A DNA stretch of 64,000 bases from an uncultured Planctomycetaceae bacterium (GTDB taxonomy: Bacteria; Planctomycetota; Planctomycetia; Planctomycetales; Planctomycetaceae): NCBI GenBank assembly GCA_963933195.1, contig CAWVUS010000001.1, forward strand, positions 9,079 through 73,078, written 5' to 3'. Below are positions 1-11,030 of the stretch, piece by piece. Both the position numbers and the translations under genes were made by a program. How positions within the stretch are numbered: position 1 is the first letter of the stretch; every line of letters begins with the position of its first letter. Under the pieces are notes generated by a model. The model was not told the origin of the DNA. It saw only the letters and a program-made list of their open reading frames with translations, and searched no databases.

Positions 1-698
1 GTGAATACCACCTGCACATCCTGTCCGCTCGAGCGACTCAGTACACCGGCGATCTCCGGAGTGTGTCGATGGTTTCCAACACCATAGGCCGACAGGCTCT
101 CGTTGCACTCGGGATACAGGGTGCCCAACTTTGGTGACCGTCCCGCACCGGACACACCACTCTTGGCGTCGATAATGATTCCTGTCGACTCGATCAAACC
201 ATTGCCCAGCAGGGGAGCCAGGCCCAGGATCGAAGTGCTGGTGTAACACCCCGGGTTGGCGACCAGGACCGCCGTCTCGTCCACCCGGTGACCGGGCAAC
301 TCGGGCAAACCGTACGGCGTCTCGGCCAATCGCTGAGAATCGGTATGTTCCAACCCGTACCACTGCTGGTAGGTCTCGGCGTCATCAAGCCGGTAATCAG
401 CACTGAGATCAATGACACGGAGTCCGGCCTCGAGCAATTCGGGGATCGTCGCCATACTGGCCCCGTGCGGCAGGCACCCGAACACCACGTCGGCTCGTTC
501 GGAAATCTCCGCCACGCCCAACGACTCACAACGAACGTCAAGCCGCCCGTGCAGGCTCGGATGCACCTCGCTGACATGCGGGGCCCCGTCCTGCCGAGTG
601 GTCAACACCGTGACCTCGACCTGCGGGTGGACCAGCAGGATCTTGATCAACTCAAGTGCGGTGTATCCGGTCGAGCCCAGGATGGCTGCACGGATCAT
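1..698 (-). CDS. argC: N-acetyl-gamma-glutamyl-phosphate reductase, C-terminal part cut off by window start
   Basis: Not in the supplied ORF track because there is no stop inside the window. My reverse-complement translation from the CAT at 696-698 reads [29 protein letters not shown] ... [20 protein letters not shown] ... [14 protein letters not shown]. It shows the N-terminal GSTGYxG Rossmann motif and the NPGCY catalytic-cysteine motif typical of ArgC. Confidence 0.85.
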   Translation of the reverse strand, partial: MIRAAILGSTGYTALELIKILLVHPQVEVTVLTTRQDGAPHVSEVHPSLHGRLDVRCESLGVAEISERADVVFGCLPHGASMATIPELLEAGLRVIDLSADYRLDDAETYQQWYGLEHTDSQRLAETPYGLPELPGHRVDETAVLVANPGCYTSTSILGLAPLLGNGLIESTGIIIDAKSGVSGAGRSPKLGTLYPECNESLSAYGVGNHRHTPEIAGVLSRSSGQDVQVVF

Positions 699-892
699 GA
701 TCAATATCCTCGATTCGGGTGAGTCACTCATTCTATGCCGCTTCACAGGCGGACAAAAGGGCCACCTGCCGACTCGCTAAGAGGCTTCCAGCACACGGTT
801 TGCATTGACCGTCAAAATGATCACAATGGTCGCGTCCCAACCCGGTTCAGCCGTTTGGGAGCGAGTGGATCCACATCGATCGAGGACAGAAC

Positions 893-2119
893 ATGGCCAA
901 CGTGGCAGAACTGGCCGCAGCCGCACTGACGGCCGGCGGAGGAATACTGAGACTGGCTCCGACGTGGGTGCCCCGTTCGTTCCTGCAGCCCGGTCGACGC
1001 CTCAAGCTTCACCCGGCTGACTACTACGCCCTGGGAGCTCACCGCGGTGGCATCGACGAGCGATGGTTCGCCTCGACCACCCCCGCGGCTAACGAAGGGG
1101 CTCCGCCGGATGAAGGACTCAGCTACTGTGTCCACGACGGTCAACAGTTCACCATGCAGGATGCTGTCGCCGAACTGGGTGCCGAGATGGTCGGTGACGC
1201 GATCTGGAGCGAATTTGGTCGCTGGCCGGTGTACTCGAAATTCTTCGACAACATGGGTCCCATCCCCCACCACATGCACCAGAATGCCGAGCAGGCCAAG
1301 TTGGTCGGACAGGAAGGCAAGCCCGAAAGCTACTACTTCCCACCACAACTCAATGCCATTGGCAACAATTTCCCCTACACGTTCATGGGACTGGAACCGG
1401 GCACCTCGAAACAGGATGTGATCGACTGCCTGGCTCGCTGGGACGAGGGCGACAACGGGATCCTCGACCTCTCGAAAGCCTACCGACTCAAGCCCGGTAC
1501 CGGCTGGCTGATCCCCCCGTGCGTATTGCACGCACCGGGAAGCCTGGTGACCTACGAGCCCCAATGGGGCAGCGACGTCTTCGGAATGTACCAGTCGCTC
1601 GTCGAGGGCCGCGAGGTGCCGCGTTCGCTGTTGACCAAGGACTTCCCCGAAGAATTCCACGACGACATCGAATACCTCGTCGACGCTCTCGACTGGGACC
1701 AGAACGTCGACCCCAATTTCAAGGACAACCATTACCTGGAACCGATTCCCGTGGCTGACACCGCCAGCGAAGGCTATGTCGACCGCTGGATCGTCTACGG
1801 CACCGTCGACGAACGCCAGTTGTTCTCGGCCAAGGAACTGACCGTCGATCCCGGAGCCAGTTGCACGATCACCGACACCGGGGCGTACGGCTGGATCACC
1901 GTCCAGGGTGAAGGCACCATCGGTTCGCTGAAGCTGCAAACCCCGGCAATGATCCGCTTCGGCGAGATGACCGATGACGAGGTATTTGTTTCGGCCCCGG
2001 CCGCGTCCCAGGGTGTTTCGATCACCAACACCGGCAGCGAACCACTGGTCTCGCTCAGGTACTTCGGCCCCGATGCCAACCCCGAGGCCCCTGCCGTGGG
2101 TGACCACAAGACCAGCTGA
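893..2119 (+). CDS. Cupin-fold protein, phosphomannose-isomerase-like, substrate unknown
   Basis: 408-aa ORF with ATG at 893. PIPHHMHQ and [10 protein letters not shown] resemble the two His-containing metal-binding strands of type I PMI/cupin enzymes. Co-oriented with the TIM-barrel and Gfo/Idh/MocA genes downstream. Confidence 0.5.
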   Translation: MANVAELAAAALTAGGGILRLAPTWVPRSFLQPGRRLKLHPADYYALGAHRGGIDERWFASTTPAANEGAPPDEGLSYCVHDGQQFTMQDAVAELGAEMVGDAIWSEFGRWPVYSKFFDNMGPIPHHMHQNAEQAKLVGQEGKPESYYFPPQLNAIGNNFPYTFMGLEPGTSKQDVIDCLARWDEGDNGILDLSKAYRLKPGTGWLIPPCVLHAPGSLVTYEPQWGSDVFGMYQSLVEGREVPRSLLTKDFPEEFHDDIEYLVDALDWDQNVDPNFKDNHYLEPIPVADTASEGYVDRWIVYGTVDERQLFSAKELTVDPGASCTITDTGAYGWITVQGEGTIGSLKLQTPAMIRFGEMTDDEVFVSAPAASQGVSITNTGSEPLVSLRYFGPDANPEAPAVGDHKTS

Positions 2120-2172
2120 ATCATCCGTCGAACTCGCCCCACCACCAGACACCCCAGGACAGGAACCCCGCG

Positions 2173-3228
<1,056 letters not shown>

Positions 3229-3274
3229 GCCGCTCTCCCCTCCCCTCGTTCTCCTCGAGAAGAAGATCCACAAG

Positions 3275-4414
3275 ATGAGTGACAAGACACCACTGAACAT
3301 CGGCATGATCGGTTACGGCTTCATGGGTCGGGCCCATTCCAACGCCTACTGCAAGGTCGGTAACTTCTTCGACACCAAGTACCGCCCGGTCCTCAAAGCC
3401 GCCTGTGCCCGCAACCAGGAGAGCGTGCAGGCGTTTGCCGACAACTGGGGCTACGAGTCCATCGAGACCGACTGGCGGGCGTTGCTCGAGCGTGACGACA
3501 TCGACGCGGTCGACATCTGCGTGCCCAACAACCTGCACAAGGAAATCGCCCTGGCCGCTGCCGACGCCGGCAAGATGATCCTCTGCGAGAAACCCCTGGC
3601 GATGAACACCGCCGAGGGCGAGGAGATGTGCCAGGCCGTGGAGGCTGCCGGTGTCAACAACATGGTCTGGTACAACTACCGTCGCGTACCAGCGGTCTTT
3701 TTGGCCAAACAGCTAATCGACGAGGGACGACTGGGTAAGATCTTCCACTACCGATCGGTCTTTCTCCAGGACTGGACCATCTCGGCCGACCTGCCCCAGG
3801 GAGGGGAGGCACTGTGGCGTCTTGATGTCGATGCCGCCGGCAGTGGGGTCACTGGGGATCTGCTGGCCCACTGCATCGACACCGCCATCTGGCTCAACGG
3901 AGGCATCTCCAACGTCTCGGCCATGACCGAGACGTTTATCAAGGAACGGACCCATCAGTTGACCGGCGAGGTGCAACAGGTGGGAATCGACGACGCTTGT
4001 GCTTTCCTGGCCCGATTCGAGAACGGATCGCTGGCCACTTTCGAATCAACCCGGTATGCACGGGGCCACAAGGCCCTCTACACGTTCGAAATCAACGGTG
4101 AGCACGCTTCGATCGCCTGGGACCTCCATGACCTCCATCGTCTCTCTTACTTCGATCACAGCGACGACTCGCTGGTTCGGGGTTGGCGATCAATCCACGT
4201 CACCGACGGTGACATGCCCTACATGGACAAGTGGTGGGTCCCGGGCCTACAAATCGGCTACGAACACACCTTCGTGCACCAGGTCGCCGATTTTCTCGAA
4301 AGCCTTGAGACCGGTGAACCGGCCTCACCAACATTTCGGGATGCACTGGAAACCCAGAAAATCTGTGACGCCGTGCTCGACAGTGCCCAAAGTGGGCAAT
4401 GGACCAACGTCTGA
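3275..4414 (+). CDS. Gfo/Idh/MocA family NAD(P)-dependent oxidoreductase
   Basis: N-terminal Rossmann [19 protein letters not shown] and the family EKP motif ([10 protein letters not shown]). I prefer the internal ATG at 3275 (MSDKTPLN...) to the track start 3194, which overlaps the preceding gene. Confidence 0.8.
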   Translation: MSDKTPLNIGMIGYGFMGRAHSNAYCKVGNFFDTKYRPVLKAACARNQESVQAFADNWGYESIETDWRALLERDDIDAVDICVPNNLHKEIALAAADAGKMILCEKPLAMNTAEGEEMCQAVEAAGVNNMVWYNYRRVPAVFLAKQLIDEGRLGKIFHYRSVFLQDWTISADLPQGGEALWRLDVDAAGSGVTGDLLAHCIDTAIWLNGGISNVSAMTETFIKERTHQLTGEVQQVGIDDACAFLARFENGSLATFESTRYARGHKALYTFEINGEHASIAWDLHDLHRLSYFDHSDDSLVRGWRSIHVTDGDMPYMDKWWVPGLQIGYEHTFVHQVADFLESLETGEPASPTFRDALETQKICDAVLDSAQSGQWTNV

Positions 4415-4447
4415 AACCTGGCCCCAATCACACGAGGACCACAAGCG

Positions 4448-4927
4448 ATGGACCGCCAGCCGATCTCTGAAGCAGGCTACGCCAAGTTGCGAGAGGAAAT
4501 CCGGGTGCTCGACGATGAGCGGATTCCGGATGTCCGAGAGAAGGTTGCCGAGGCACGGGCCGAAGGCGATCTGAAAGAAAATGCCGAGTATCATGGCCAA
4601 CGAGAAACTCTCGGAATGCTCGAGGCCAAGCTCAACCAACTGAAATCGAAACTCGCCGGCTGTATGATCGTCGACAAGAGCACGCTGCCCAAGGACGTGA
4701 TCACGTTCGGGAGCCGCGTGACAGTCAAGAACCTCGACGACGGCGATGTCGAGCAGTACGAGTTCGTCGGCCCCGGCGACGAGGATTACGCCCAGGAAGT
4801 GATGAAGATCCTTACCAACAGTCCACTGGCCAGTGCCCTGATGGGAAAAAAGGCCGGAGACAAGGTCGAATACGAGGCTCCGATTGGCGTGTTGAAGTAC
4901 GAGGTTCTCTCGTTCGAAGACGCCTGA
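4448..4927 (+). CDS. greA: Transcription elongation factor GreA
   Basis: 159 aa. N-terminal coiled coil with the acidic tip region (ARAEGDLKENAEYHGQRE) and a C-terminal globular domain (FGSRVTVKNLDDG...PLASALMGKKAGD). Confidence 0.9.
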   Translation: MDRQPISEAGYAKLREEIRVLDDERIPDVREKVAEARAEGDLKENAEYHGQRETLGMLEAKLNQLKSKLAGCMIVDKSTLPKDVITFGSRVTVKNLDDGDVEQYEFVGPGDEDYAQEVMKILTNSPLASALMGKKAGDKVEYEAPIGVLKYEVLSFEDA

Positions 4928-5004
4928 TCCCAACACCTGACAGAAGCATTTTGCCACTACCCACCCACCTGCACCTAACACAGGCTCTCCGGAGAATCCC
5001 CCCC

Positions 5005-6279
5005 ATGCCGTTCAATCACCTCTCACGTGCCGTCCTCAGTGCCCTGGTGGCCCTCACAGTGCCCGCAATCGCGACTGCGGCGGACTTCTCCCAGTTTCGT
5101 GGCCCCGCCGGAGACGGACACGCTCAGGCCAGTGGGTTGCCTGTCACCTGGAATGCGACCGACCACGTGACCTGGCAGGTTCCCATCGCCGGCAAGGGCT
5201 GGTCCAGCCCGATCGTGGTCGGCAGCCACCTGTACCTGACCACCGCTGTAGCCAAAGAGGGGGGCGGACAGGACGACCAGTCACTCCGAGCACTCTGCCT
5301 GGATCTCAAAACTGGCAAGACGGTCTGGAACCAGGAGGTGTTCGACGGAAATCACGTCTCCACCAGTGGATTGCTGCACTCAAAGAACAGCCACGCCAGC
5401 CCCACACCCATCAGCGATGGCAAGAAACTCTATGTGCACTTCGGGACCGAGGGCACCGCGGCACTGGACCTGGCAACCGGACGCATCATGTGGAAGATGC
5501 AGGACCTGCCGTACGTGCCCCGGCACGGTGGCGGTGGTTCGCCCGCTCTTGTCGATGGCCTGCTGGTTGTCACCTGCGACGGACAGGATGTCGACTACGT
5601 CGCAGCCATCGACACCCGTAACGGTAAGCTCGCGTGGAAAACCGACCGCACACTCAACTTGTCTCGCAAATTCTCCTTCTCGACTCCACTGGTCATCGAA
5701 GTCGATGGAAAGAAACAAATCGTCTGCCCCGGCACCGGACTGGTTGCGGCCTACGATCCCAAGACGGGCAAGGAAATCTGGCGAGTGCTCTACGGAGACG
5801 GCTACTCCGTGATTCCTCGACCAGTCTTTGGACACGGCCTGGTCTATGTCTGCAGCGGGTGGGGCGTCCCGACCCTGTTCGCCATCCGCCCGACGGGCAG
5901 TGGAGATGTCACCGACACCCACGTCGCCTGGAAACAAACGTCCAAGGCCAATGTGCCTCATACGCCATCACTGCTCCTGATCAAGGATGACCTGTTCCTG
6001 ATCAGCGACACCGGTATCGCAAGCTCACTCGATGCCAAGACCGGCAAATTGCACTACCGCAAGCGAATTGGAGGCAAGTACTCGGCGTCACCGACATTCG
6101 CCGACGGGAAGATCTACATCCAGAGCGAAGCAGGCCAGGGATACGTGCTGAAACCCGGCCAAGAATATGTTGAACTCGGACGCAACCGCCTCGAAGGTCG
6201 CACCTTCGCCAGTTACGCGGTCGCCGACAATGCGCTGTTCATTCGCAGTGAAACCCGCCTGTTCCGAATCGAGAAGTGA
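5005..6279 (+). CDS. Secreted PQQ-like (BamB/YncE-like) beta-propeller repeat protein
   Basis: Signal peptide MPFNHLSRAVLSALVALTVPAIATAADF, then FRGP and repeated blade signatures (GKTVWN, GRIMWK, GKLAWK, GKEIWR, GKLHYR). Start moved to ATG 5005. Confidence 0.7.
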   Translation: MPFNHLSRAVLSALVALTVPAIATAADFSQFRGPAGDGHAQASGLPVTWNATDHVTWQVPIAGKGWSSPIVVGSHLYLTTAVAKEGGGQDDQSLRALCLDLKTGKTVWNQEVFDGNHVSTSGLLHSKNSHASPTPISDGKKLYVHFGTEGTAALDLATGRIMWKMQDLPYVPRHGGGGSPALVDGLLVVTCDGQDVDYVAAIDTRNGKLAWKTDRTLNLSRKFSFSTPLVIEVDGKKQIVCPGTGLVAAYDPKTGKEIWRVLYGDGYSVIPRPVFGHGLVYVCSGWGVPTLFAIRPTGSGDVTDTHVAWKQTSKANVPHTPSLLLIKDDLFLISDTGIASSLDAKTGKLHYRKRIGGKYSASPTFADGKIYIQSEAGQGYVLKPGQEYVELGRNRLEGRTFASYAVADNALFIRSETRLFRIEK

Positions 6280-6315
6280 CCAGAATCACCGAGTTTTTGA
6301 CGGCCTCAATGAGAA

Positions 6316-6353
6316 AGCCGGCCACCGGAACACAAGCGTTCCTGTGGCCGGCT
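6316..6353. terminator. Strong GC-rich hairpin between convergent genes (candidate bidirectional terminator)
   Basis: AGCCGGCCACCGGAAC (6316-6331), loop ACAAGC, GTTCCTGTGGCCGGCT (6338-6353). This is a 16-bp stem with one mismatch, lying between the stop of the + gene at 6279 and the stop of the - gene at 6383. Confidence 0.6.
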
Positions 6354-6382
6354 GATTCATTGCGAAACAGGCAAAGGCCTTC

Positions 6383-6652
6383 TCAGGCATCCACGTCGAA
6401 CAGCACCCGTCCGGGTCCGTGATCGACGCAGTCCTCCTCGTGCCACAGCGGTAAACCCGCCGCGTACCGAGCCGCTAGGACCTGGACCTTGTCCTCTGAT
6501 CCCGGCTTCGCTCCGGTCTTCTCGAAGGGGTTGAACCCCATCTCGTCAAGTGGTTCGATCTGAAAAGGTCGATCCACGGATTCAAACAGATAAGTCAATG
6601 GTAGACCTGCTTCGGTCTCCAATCCCTGGGGCACCTCGAAGGGTGTCGGCAT
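6383..6652 (-). CDS. Small acidic hypothetical protein (89 aa)
   Basis: ATG at 6652 preceded by GGAG about 9 nt upstream on the minus strand. The product is D/E-rich with no recognisable motif. Coding status is supported only by ORF length, the SD and the terminator downstream. Confidence 0.45.
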   Translation of the reverse strand: MPTPFEVPQGLETEAGLPLTYLFESVDRPFQIEPLDEMGFNPFEKTGAKPGSEDKVQVLAARYAAGLPLWHEEDCVDHGPGRVLFDVDA

Positions 6653-7168
6653 CCGGCACGCTCCACTCTCTGTTGCACATCATTGTGGTCCATCGCCTCC
6701 TTGCGCCCTCTTCCTTCCTGATTCAGCTCGTTTCCGAACTGTTGATCAACTCGCAGTCCGGCCAATTGCCGCTCCCTGCGAAATCGATCCGGCCTCCACC
6801 GACTGCGATCACAACGAGCAAGTTTCCACAGGAAACTCACACATCACGCCGGCCGGACGCCAATCAACACGGATTCCCGATCCTTCGCCGAGCCAGTGGC
6901 CCGCTCGTTCGAATCCTCTCGAACTGTCTGACCCGATCAAGATTCCACTGATACCGAACCGCAACACGCGAGACAGAGAGGTCGAAAAGTCGCGTGAGAA
7001 GAGGGGAAAGGCGGTGGTGAGAGGAATCGAAGTAGTCGTGTCGAGGCAGTTTATCCATGCCAATAAGGCCGATTGTCCCGCCTCGTGTTGTGAAAGTCAA
7101 ACACTTTTCGACGCATTCATGACACACAGTCAACGAATCGTTCGAGGCAGCCCAACCCGACCACCCGA

Positions 7169-9178
7169 CTACGGTCGGCTGATCCCGTAGCGTTTCAGCT
7201 TTCGATCCAGCGTCGAGCGTTCGATTTCCAGGATTCGTGCTGCTTGCGACTTGTTCCAGTCGGTCGACTCGAGGACCGCCAGGATGTGTTGCTGCTCGAG
7301 CGTCTCCAGTGACACATTGCCAGTGGTGCCGGTCGAGGGGGAGGGGGAACTGGTGACACCACCGGCCACAACATGGTCGGACAGTTCCAGATCCGTCTCG
7401 CTGACCTCGTTCCCGGTACACAGGATCACTGTCCGTTCGACCAGGTTCCTCAACTCCCGGATATTTCCGGGCCAGTTGTATGCATTCAATGCCGCCAACG
7501 CGCCACCAGTGAAGCCTTCGATCTCGCGGCCTGACTTTCTCGAAAACTGCTCGAGAAAGAACTGCGCCAACTGGGCAATGTCGGCGACATGTTCTCGCAG
7601 CGGAGCCACCTGGATCTCGACGACGAACAGGCGGTAGTAAAGGTCCTTGCGAAAGGTCCCCTCGGCAATAGCCTCCTCGAGATTCCGGTTCGTGGCGGCA
7701 ACCACCCGCACATCGGCATCCACGGTCGTCCGTCCGCCGACACGTTCGAACGGGTGCCCTTCGAGGGCCCGAAGGAACTTGGCTTGGATTGCGGCTGGCA
7801 TCTCGCCGACCTCGTCCAGAAACAGCGTGCCACCATCGGCCTGTTCGAACTTGCCCGGCTTGCGATCAGTCGCCCCGGTGAAGGCCCCTTTCTCGTGACC
7901 GAACAATTCGCTTTCGAGCAATGACTCGGACAAGGCGGCACAGTTCATACAGACAAACGGCCCCAGGCGACGTCGACTGCGGAAGTGAATCGCCCGGGCC
8001 ACCAGTTCTTTGCCCACACCGCTCTCACCGCGAACCAGCACGGTCGCGTCGGTCGAAGCGATCCTCTCGATGATCCCCCGCAATTGGTCCATCGTCTCGC
8101 TGTCACCAATCAGTTCGCTATCTATCGCCAACTGGCTCCGCAACGACTCGTTCTCACCCTGTGCCTGCGCAAGCCCATTGGCCAGGGATTCCCGATCCTG
8201 CAACCCGTCCAATGCAACGGCCAACTGGTCGGCAACCGCCAGGGTGAACTCGAGATCCGTTGCTTCCAGCAGGTTCTCGCGATCGGTCGAATACAGGTGA
8301 AGCACTCCAAAAGTCACGTCTCCAGAAATCAACGGGGCGCAGATCACGCTTTCAGCATGGATTTGCCCCAGGCTGTCACGATCCACGAGCTTGCTGTCAT
8401 CGGCCACGTCTCTGGCCAGCACCGCCTCGGCCTCGGCCAGGACCGTTCCCGAAAGGTAATCGGACACCTTCTGGTAGGGGAGATCTTTCAACGAGCGGTA
8501 CGCAGCCACCCGGAGTTCGTTGGGCCGCGGCCGACTCCTGAGCCCTTTCGGCAACAGCAACACCGCCCCGATATCAGCTCGCGTTCCCGCAAACAGCCCG
8601 TCGAGCACCACACCGGCAAGTTGTTCGGCGTCACGAGCCGTCCCCATCTCTAGCGCGAGGGCGTACAGGAAAGTCAGATCACGCCGCGTGCGGTCTGGTT
8701 CAGATCCCCCCGGTTCCTCGTGTCCACGAAAACGGTTCTCGCGTCGACGGTCCAGGATCTCCGGCTCAGATTCCGGCAACGGATCATCAAAAACCATCAT
8801 CTCTGCCGTGTCAGCAACATTGACGTGAGCAGAGGATTCCGACTCGGGAAATGCGTGCAAGAGGTCCGAAGTGAAACCAAGACCACATTCACCAATCTGA
8901 ATGATCTGGCCCTCCTCCAACGGCCAATCGGCATCGACATTGACACCGTTGACCAGCGTGCCGTTGCGGCTCCCCAGGTCCCGCAGCAACCATCTCTCAC
9001 CGCTCTGGAACACCTCGCAGTGATTCCGGCTGCACACCTCGTCACGAACCACCACGCGATTGGTCGACGAGCGTCCCACGGTCGTGACCTGGCCCGGCAT
9101 CAGGCGGAACACGTCCCGCCACTGATTGCCATCTCGCACAACGAGATAGGAGGCCGCTGGGTCGGGCTGTTGCGTCAT
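7169..9178 (-). CDS. Sigma-54-dependent transcriptional activator with FHA and GAF input domains (FHA-GAF-AAA+-Fis HTH)
   Basis: Four regions are recognisable:
- FHA: [26 protein letters not shown]...[14 protein letters not shown]
- GAF-like: [20 protein letters not shown]
- AAA+ module: Walker A GESGVGKE and the sigma54-contact loop EKGAFTGA
- C-terminal HTH: [26 protein letters not shown]
Start placed at ATG 9178 (MTQQPDP) instead of track start 9322. Confidence 0.88.
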   Translation of the reverse strand: MTQQPDPAASYLVVRDGNQWRDVFRLMPGQVTTVGRSSTNRVVVRDEVCSRNHCEVFQSGERWLLRDLGSRNGTLVNGVNVDADWPLEEGQIIQIGECGLGFTSDLLHAFPESESSAHVNVADTAEMMVFDDPLPESEPEILDRRRENRFRGHEEPGGSEPDRTRRDLTFLYALALEMGTARDAEQLAGVVLDGLFAGTRADIGAVLLLPKGLRSRPRPNELRVAAYRSLKDLPYQKVSDYLSGTVLAEAEAVLARDVADDSKLVDRDSLGQIHAESVICAPLISGDVTFGVLHLYSTDRENLLEATDLEFTLAVADQLAVALDGLQDRESLANGLAQAQGENESLRSQLAIDSELIGDSETMDQLRGIIERIASTDATVLVRGESGVGKELVARAIHFRSRRRLGPFVCMNCAALSESLLESELFGHEKGAFTGATDRKPGKFEQADGGTLFLDEVGEMPAAIQAKFLRALEGHPFERVGGRTTVDADVRVVAATNRNLEEAIAEGTFRKDLYYRLFVVEIQVAPLREHVADIAQLAQFFLEQFSRKSGREIEGFTGGALAALNAYNWPGNIRELRNLVERTVILCTGNEVSETDLELSDHVVAGGVTSSPSPSTGTTGNVSLETLEQQHILAVLESTDWNKSQAARILEIERSTLDRKLKRYGISRP

Positions 9179-9353
9179 GGGCGTCACGATTCCTCTTCCG
9201 GCCCGGGACAGGAATCCGGGCGGCCCGTTGAGGATACTGGACCGCCAGAAGTGGCCGCAAGGGACGGTCTTGCAACCCCGCCGGGCATCGGCCATCCTAG
9301 GCCCGACGGGCGTTTCGTCCAACTCTCATTTTGTTCTCGGAGCCGCACGACTG

Positions 9354-10625
9354 ATGACCGGTCACCTCCCAACTGCTTTTTCCACCCGCTTTCACCGCAC
9401 GGCCATCCACGCCCTGGTGGCCTGGATTTTCGTCCTCAGCACCAATTCCAGTGACGCCGCCGATTGGACCCGCTACCGAGGCCCCAACGGGACCGGCGTC
9501 AGTGCCCTCAAGGGCATTCCCACAAACTGGAGTCCCGGTGACTACATTTTTAACGTCAAGTTGCCCGGCGAGGGTCACGGGGCAGCCGTGGTCCGGGGAA
9601 ACCGCCTGTTTGTCACCGCCGCCATCGACCGGGGTGCCACCAGGTACCTCCTGTGCCTCGATGCCGAATCGGGTGAGACCCGTTGGTCACGACAGATCGG
9701 TATGAACCGCAGTCGCAAGCATCTCAAGAGTAGTTGGGCCTCCAGCACGCCGTGTGTCGACAACCACCGGGTCTACGCCGCATTCGCCGACCAGGAACGC
9801 TATTCGGTCTCGGCCTACGATTTCGACGGTGAACTCGTCTGGCGACGAGTGCTAGGCCCCTACGAAAGCCAACACGGACTAGGGGCTTCGCCGATCATCT
9901 TCGAGGATCTCCTCATCGTCCCCAACGACCAGGATGGCCCCAGCTCGGTGATTGCACTCAACCGTCATACCGGTCGCACCGTGTGGAGCCAATTGAGAAA
10001 GTTCAAGTCGGGCCGCACCTCCTACGCCACGCCGCTGGTCATCCGTGAAAAGAACAAGACTCCACAATTGATCTGCGTCAGCGGTGAATCGGGTATCAGC
10101 AGCCTCGATCCTCGTACCGGACACCAGAACTGGGCCACGGGCCCCTTTCCACTGCGAACCGTCGCCTCGCCGGTCTATGGAAACGGGCTGGTCGTCGCCA
10201 GTTGCGGCCAGGGGGGACGATACGGTGTGTTGCAACGTGCCGTGGACACCTCTGGGCACGTGGTCTGGACACGTGAACGGATTCTGCCCTATGTCACCAC
10301 TCCGATCATCTACGGGGATCACCTTTTCGAATGGAACGATGAAGGCATTTTTGGCTGCGTCGAGTTGGCCAGCGGAAAAGATGTCTGGACCAAACGGATT
10401 GGCGGTAACTACAGCGGATCCCCAATCTGCATCGACGGCAAGATCTACGGCGTCAGCGAAAAAGGCGACGTCGTGATTGTTGCCGCCAGCCCCCAATTCA
10501 AGCTGCTCGGAAAAATCCCCCTGGGTGACCCCTGCCACTCCACACCATCGGTCGCCGGTGGCCGTCTCTACTTTCGTACCTTTCACCGGTTGATGTGTCT
10601 CCAGGCCCGGCCCGGAGACGAATAA
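9354..10625 (+). CDS. Secreted PQQ-like beta-propeller repeat protein (paralog of 5005..6279)
   Basis: Hydrophobic N-terminus (AIHALVAWIFVLSTNSSDAADW), then YRGPNGTG and blade signatures (GETRWS, GELVWR, GRTVWS, GKDVWT) matching the other propeller gene. Start moved to ATG 9354. Confidence 0.7.
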   Translation: MTGHLPTAFSTRFHRTAIHALVAWIFVLSTNSSDAADWTRYRGPNGTGVSALKGIPTNWSPGDYIFNVKLPGEGHGAAVVRGNRLFVTAAIDRGATRYLLCLDAESGETRWSRQIGMNRSRKHLKSSWASSTPCVDNHRVYAAFADQERYSVSAYDFDGELVWRRVLGPYESQHGLGASPIIFEDLLIVPNDQDGPSSVIALNRHTGRTVWSQLRKFKSGRTSYATPLVIREKNKTPQLICVSGESGISSLDPRTGHQNWATGPFPLRTVASPVYGNGLVVASCGQGGRYGVLQRAVDTSGHVVWTRERILPYVTTPIIYGDHLFEWNDEGIFGCVELASGKDVWTKRIGGNYSGSPICIDGKIYGVSEKGDVVIVAASPQFKLLGKIPLGDPCHSTPSVAGGRLYFRTFHRLMCLQARPGDE

Positions 10626-10656
10626 TCCACTGACGAGACCTTCCCGGAGACCGAAC

Positions 10657-11016
10657 GTGACCACGCAGCCTAGTGGCGACGCCCAACTGGTCGAACCCGA
10701 TGGTTTCCTGCTGGAATGCCCGCATTGCCGACAGGAATTGCGTGTGGCGAAAAAATACGCCGGCGCAAACGTCGAATGCAAACTCTGTCATGGTCATTTC
10801 CGTCTCGATCCGGACCATCCCTCGACGCATCTCCTGGGTTTCTTTGCCGAGTGCCCCCACTGCCTGGAGGAACTCCGCGCCCACTGGAGGTACCGACTGG
10901 CACGAGTCGCCTGCAAGCTCTGTGGAGGCCGAATCCAGTTCGTGGCGGCCATCGCCAGGCCGCCCAACGATCGTTCGGACTCATCACGACACTCGCCGTC
11001 GGTGTCCCCGAACTGA
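10657..11016 (+). CDS. Tandem zinc-ribbon protein (two CPHC...CKLC modules)
   Basis: GTG start. There are two homologous ~35-aa units: FLLECPHCRQELRVAKKYAGANVECKLCHGHF and FFAECPHCLEELRAHWRYRLARVACKLCGGRI. Each has a CxxC-N(17)-CxxC pattern like MJ0042-type zinc ribbons. Lies 31 nt after the propeller gene on the same strand. Confidence 0.55.
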   Translation: MTTQPSGDAQLVEPDGFLLECPHCRQELRVAKKYAGANVECKLCHGHFRLDPDHPSTHLLGFFAECPHCLEELRAHWRYRLARVACKLCGGRIQFVAAIARPPNDRSDSSRHSPSVSPN

Positions 11017-11030
11017 CTCGGCCAGCCAGG

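Noticed and set aside
6906-6923. GTTCGAATCC, a string reminiscent of a tRNA T-loop, in the long spacer.
   Set aside because: The flanks do not form a 5-bp T-stem around a 7-nt loop, and no acceptor or anticodon arms can be drawn. It is simply a 6-bp hairpin (GTTCGA/TCGAAC). I saw no tRNA anywhere in the window.
6981-7112. Perfect 10-bp inverted repeat GTCGAAAAGT / ACTTTTCGAC, 112 nt apart, flanking the candidate promoter in the spacer.
   Set aside because: A rough expectation (64,000 positions x ~150 offsets x 4^-10) gives several such pairs by chance in a window this size, and the repeat does not extend beyond 10 bp. It is mentioned only as a possible operator, to be looked at if the spacer proves to be regulated.
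6550-7421. Track ORFs inside or overlapping the 516-nt spacer (6550-6951 +, 6595-6840 -, 6809-7063 -, 6864-7421 -).
   Set aside because: They have no SD, their Arg/Ser/Pro-rich composition is atypical of the real genes here, they overlap one another in different frames, and one runs into the activator gene out of frame.
9252-9274. TTGCA (-12-like element, 9270-9274) with GGG upstream, in the divergent region between the sigma54 activator and the second propeller gene.
   Set aside because: The GG to GC spacing is 9 nt at most instead of the required 10, and the -24 half (AGGGAC) does not match TGGCAC. Not a credible sigma54 promoter.
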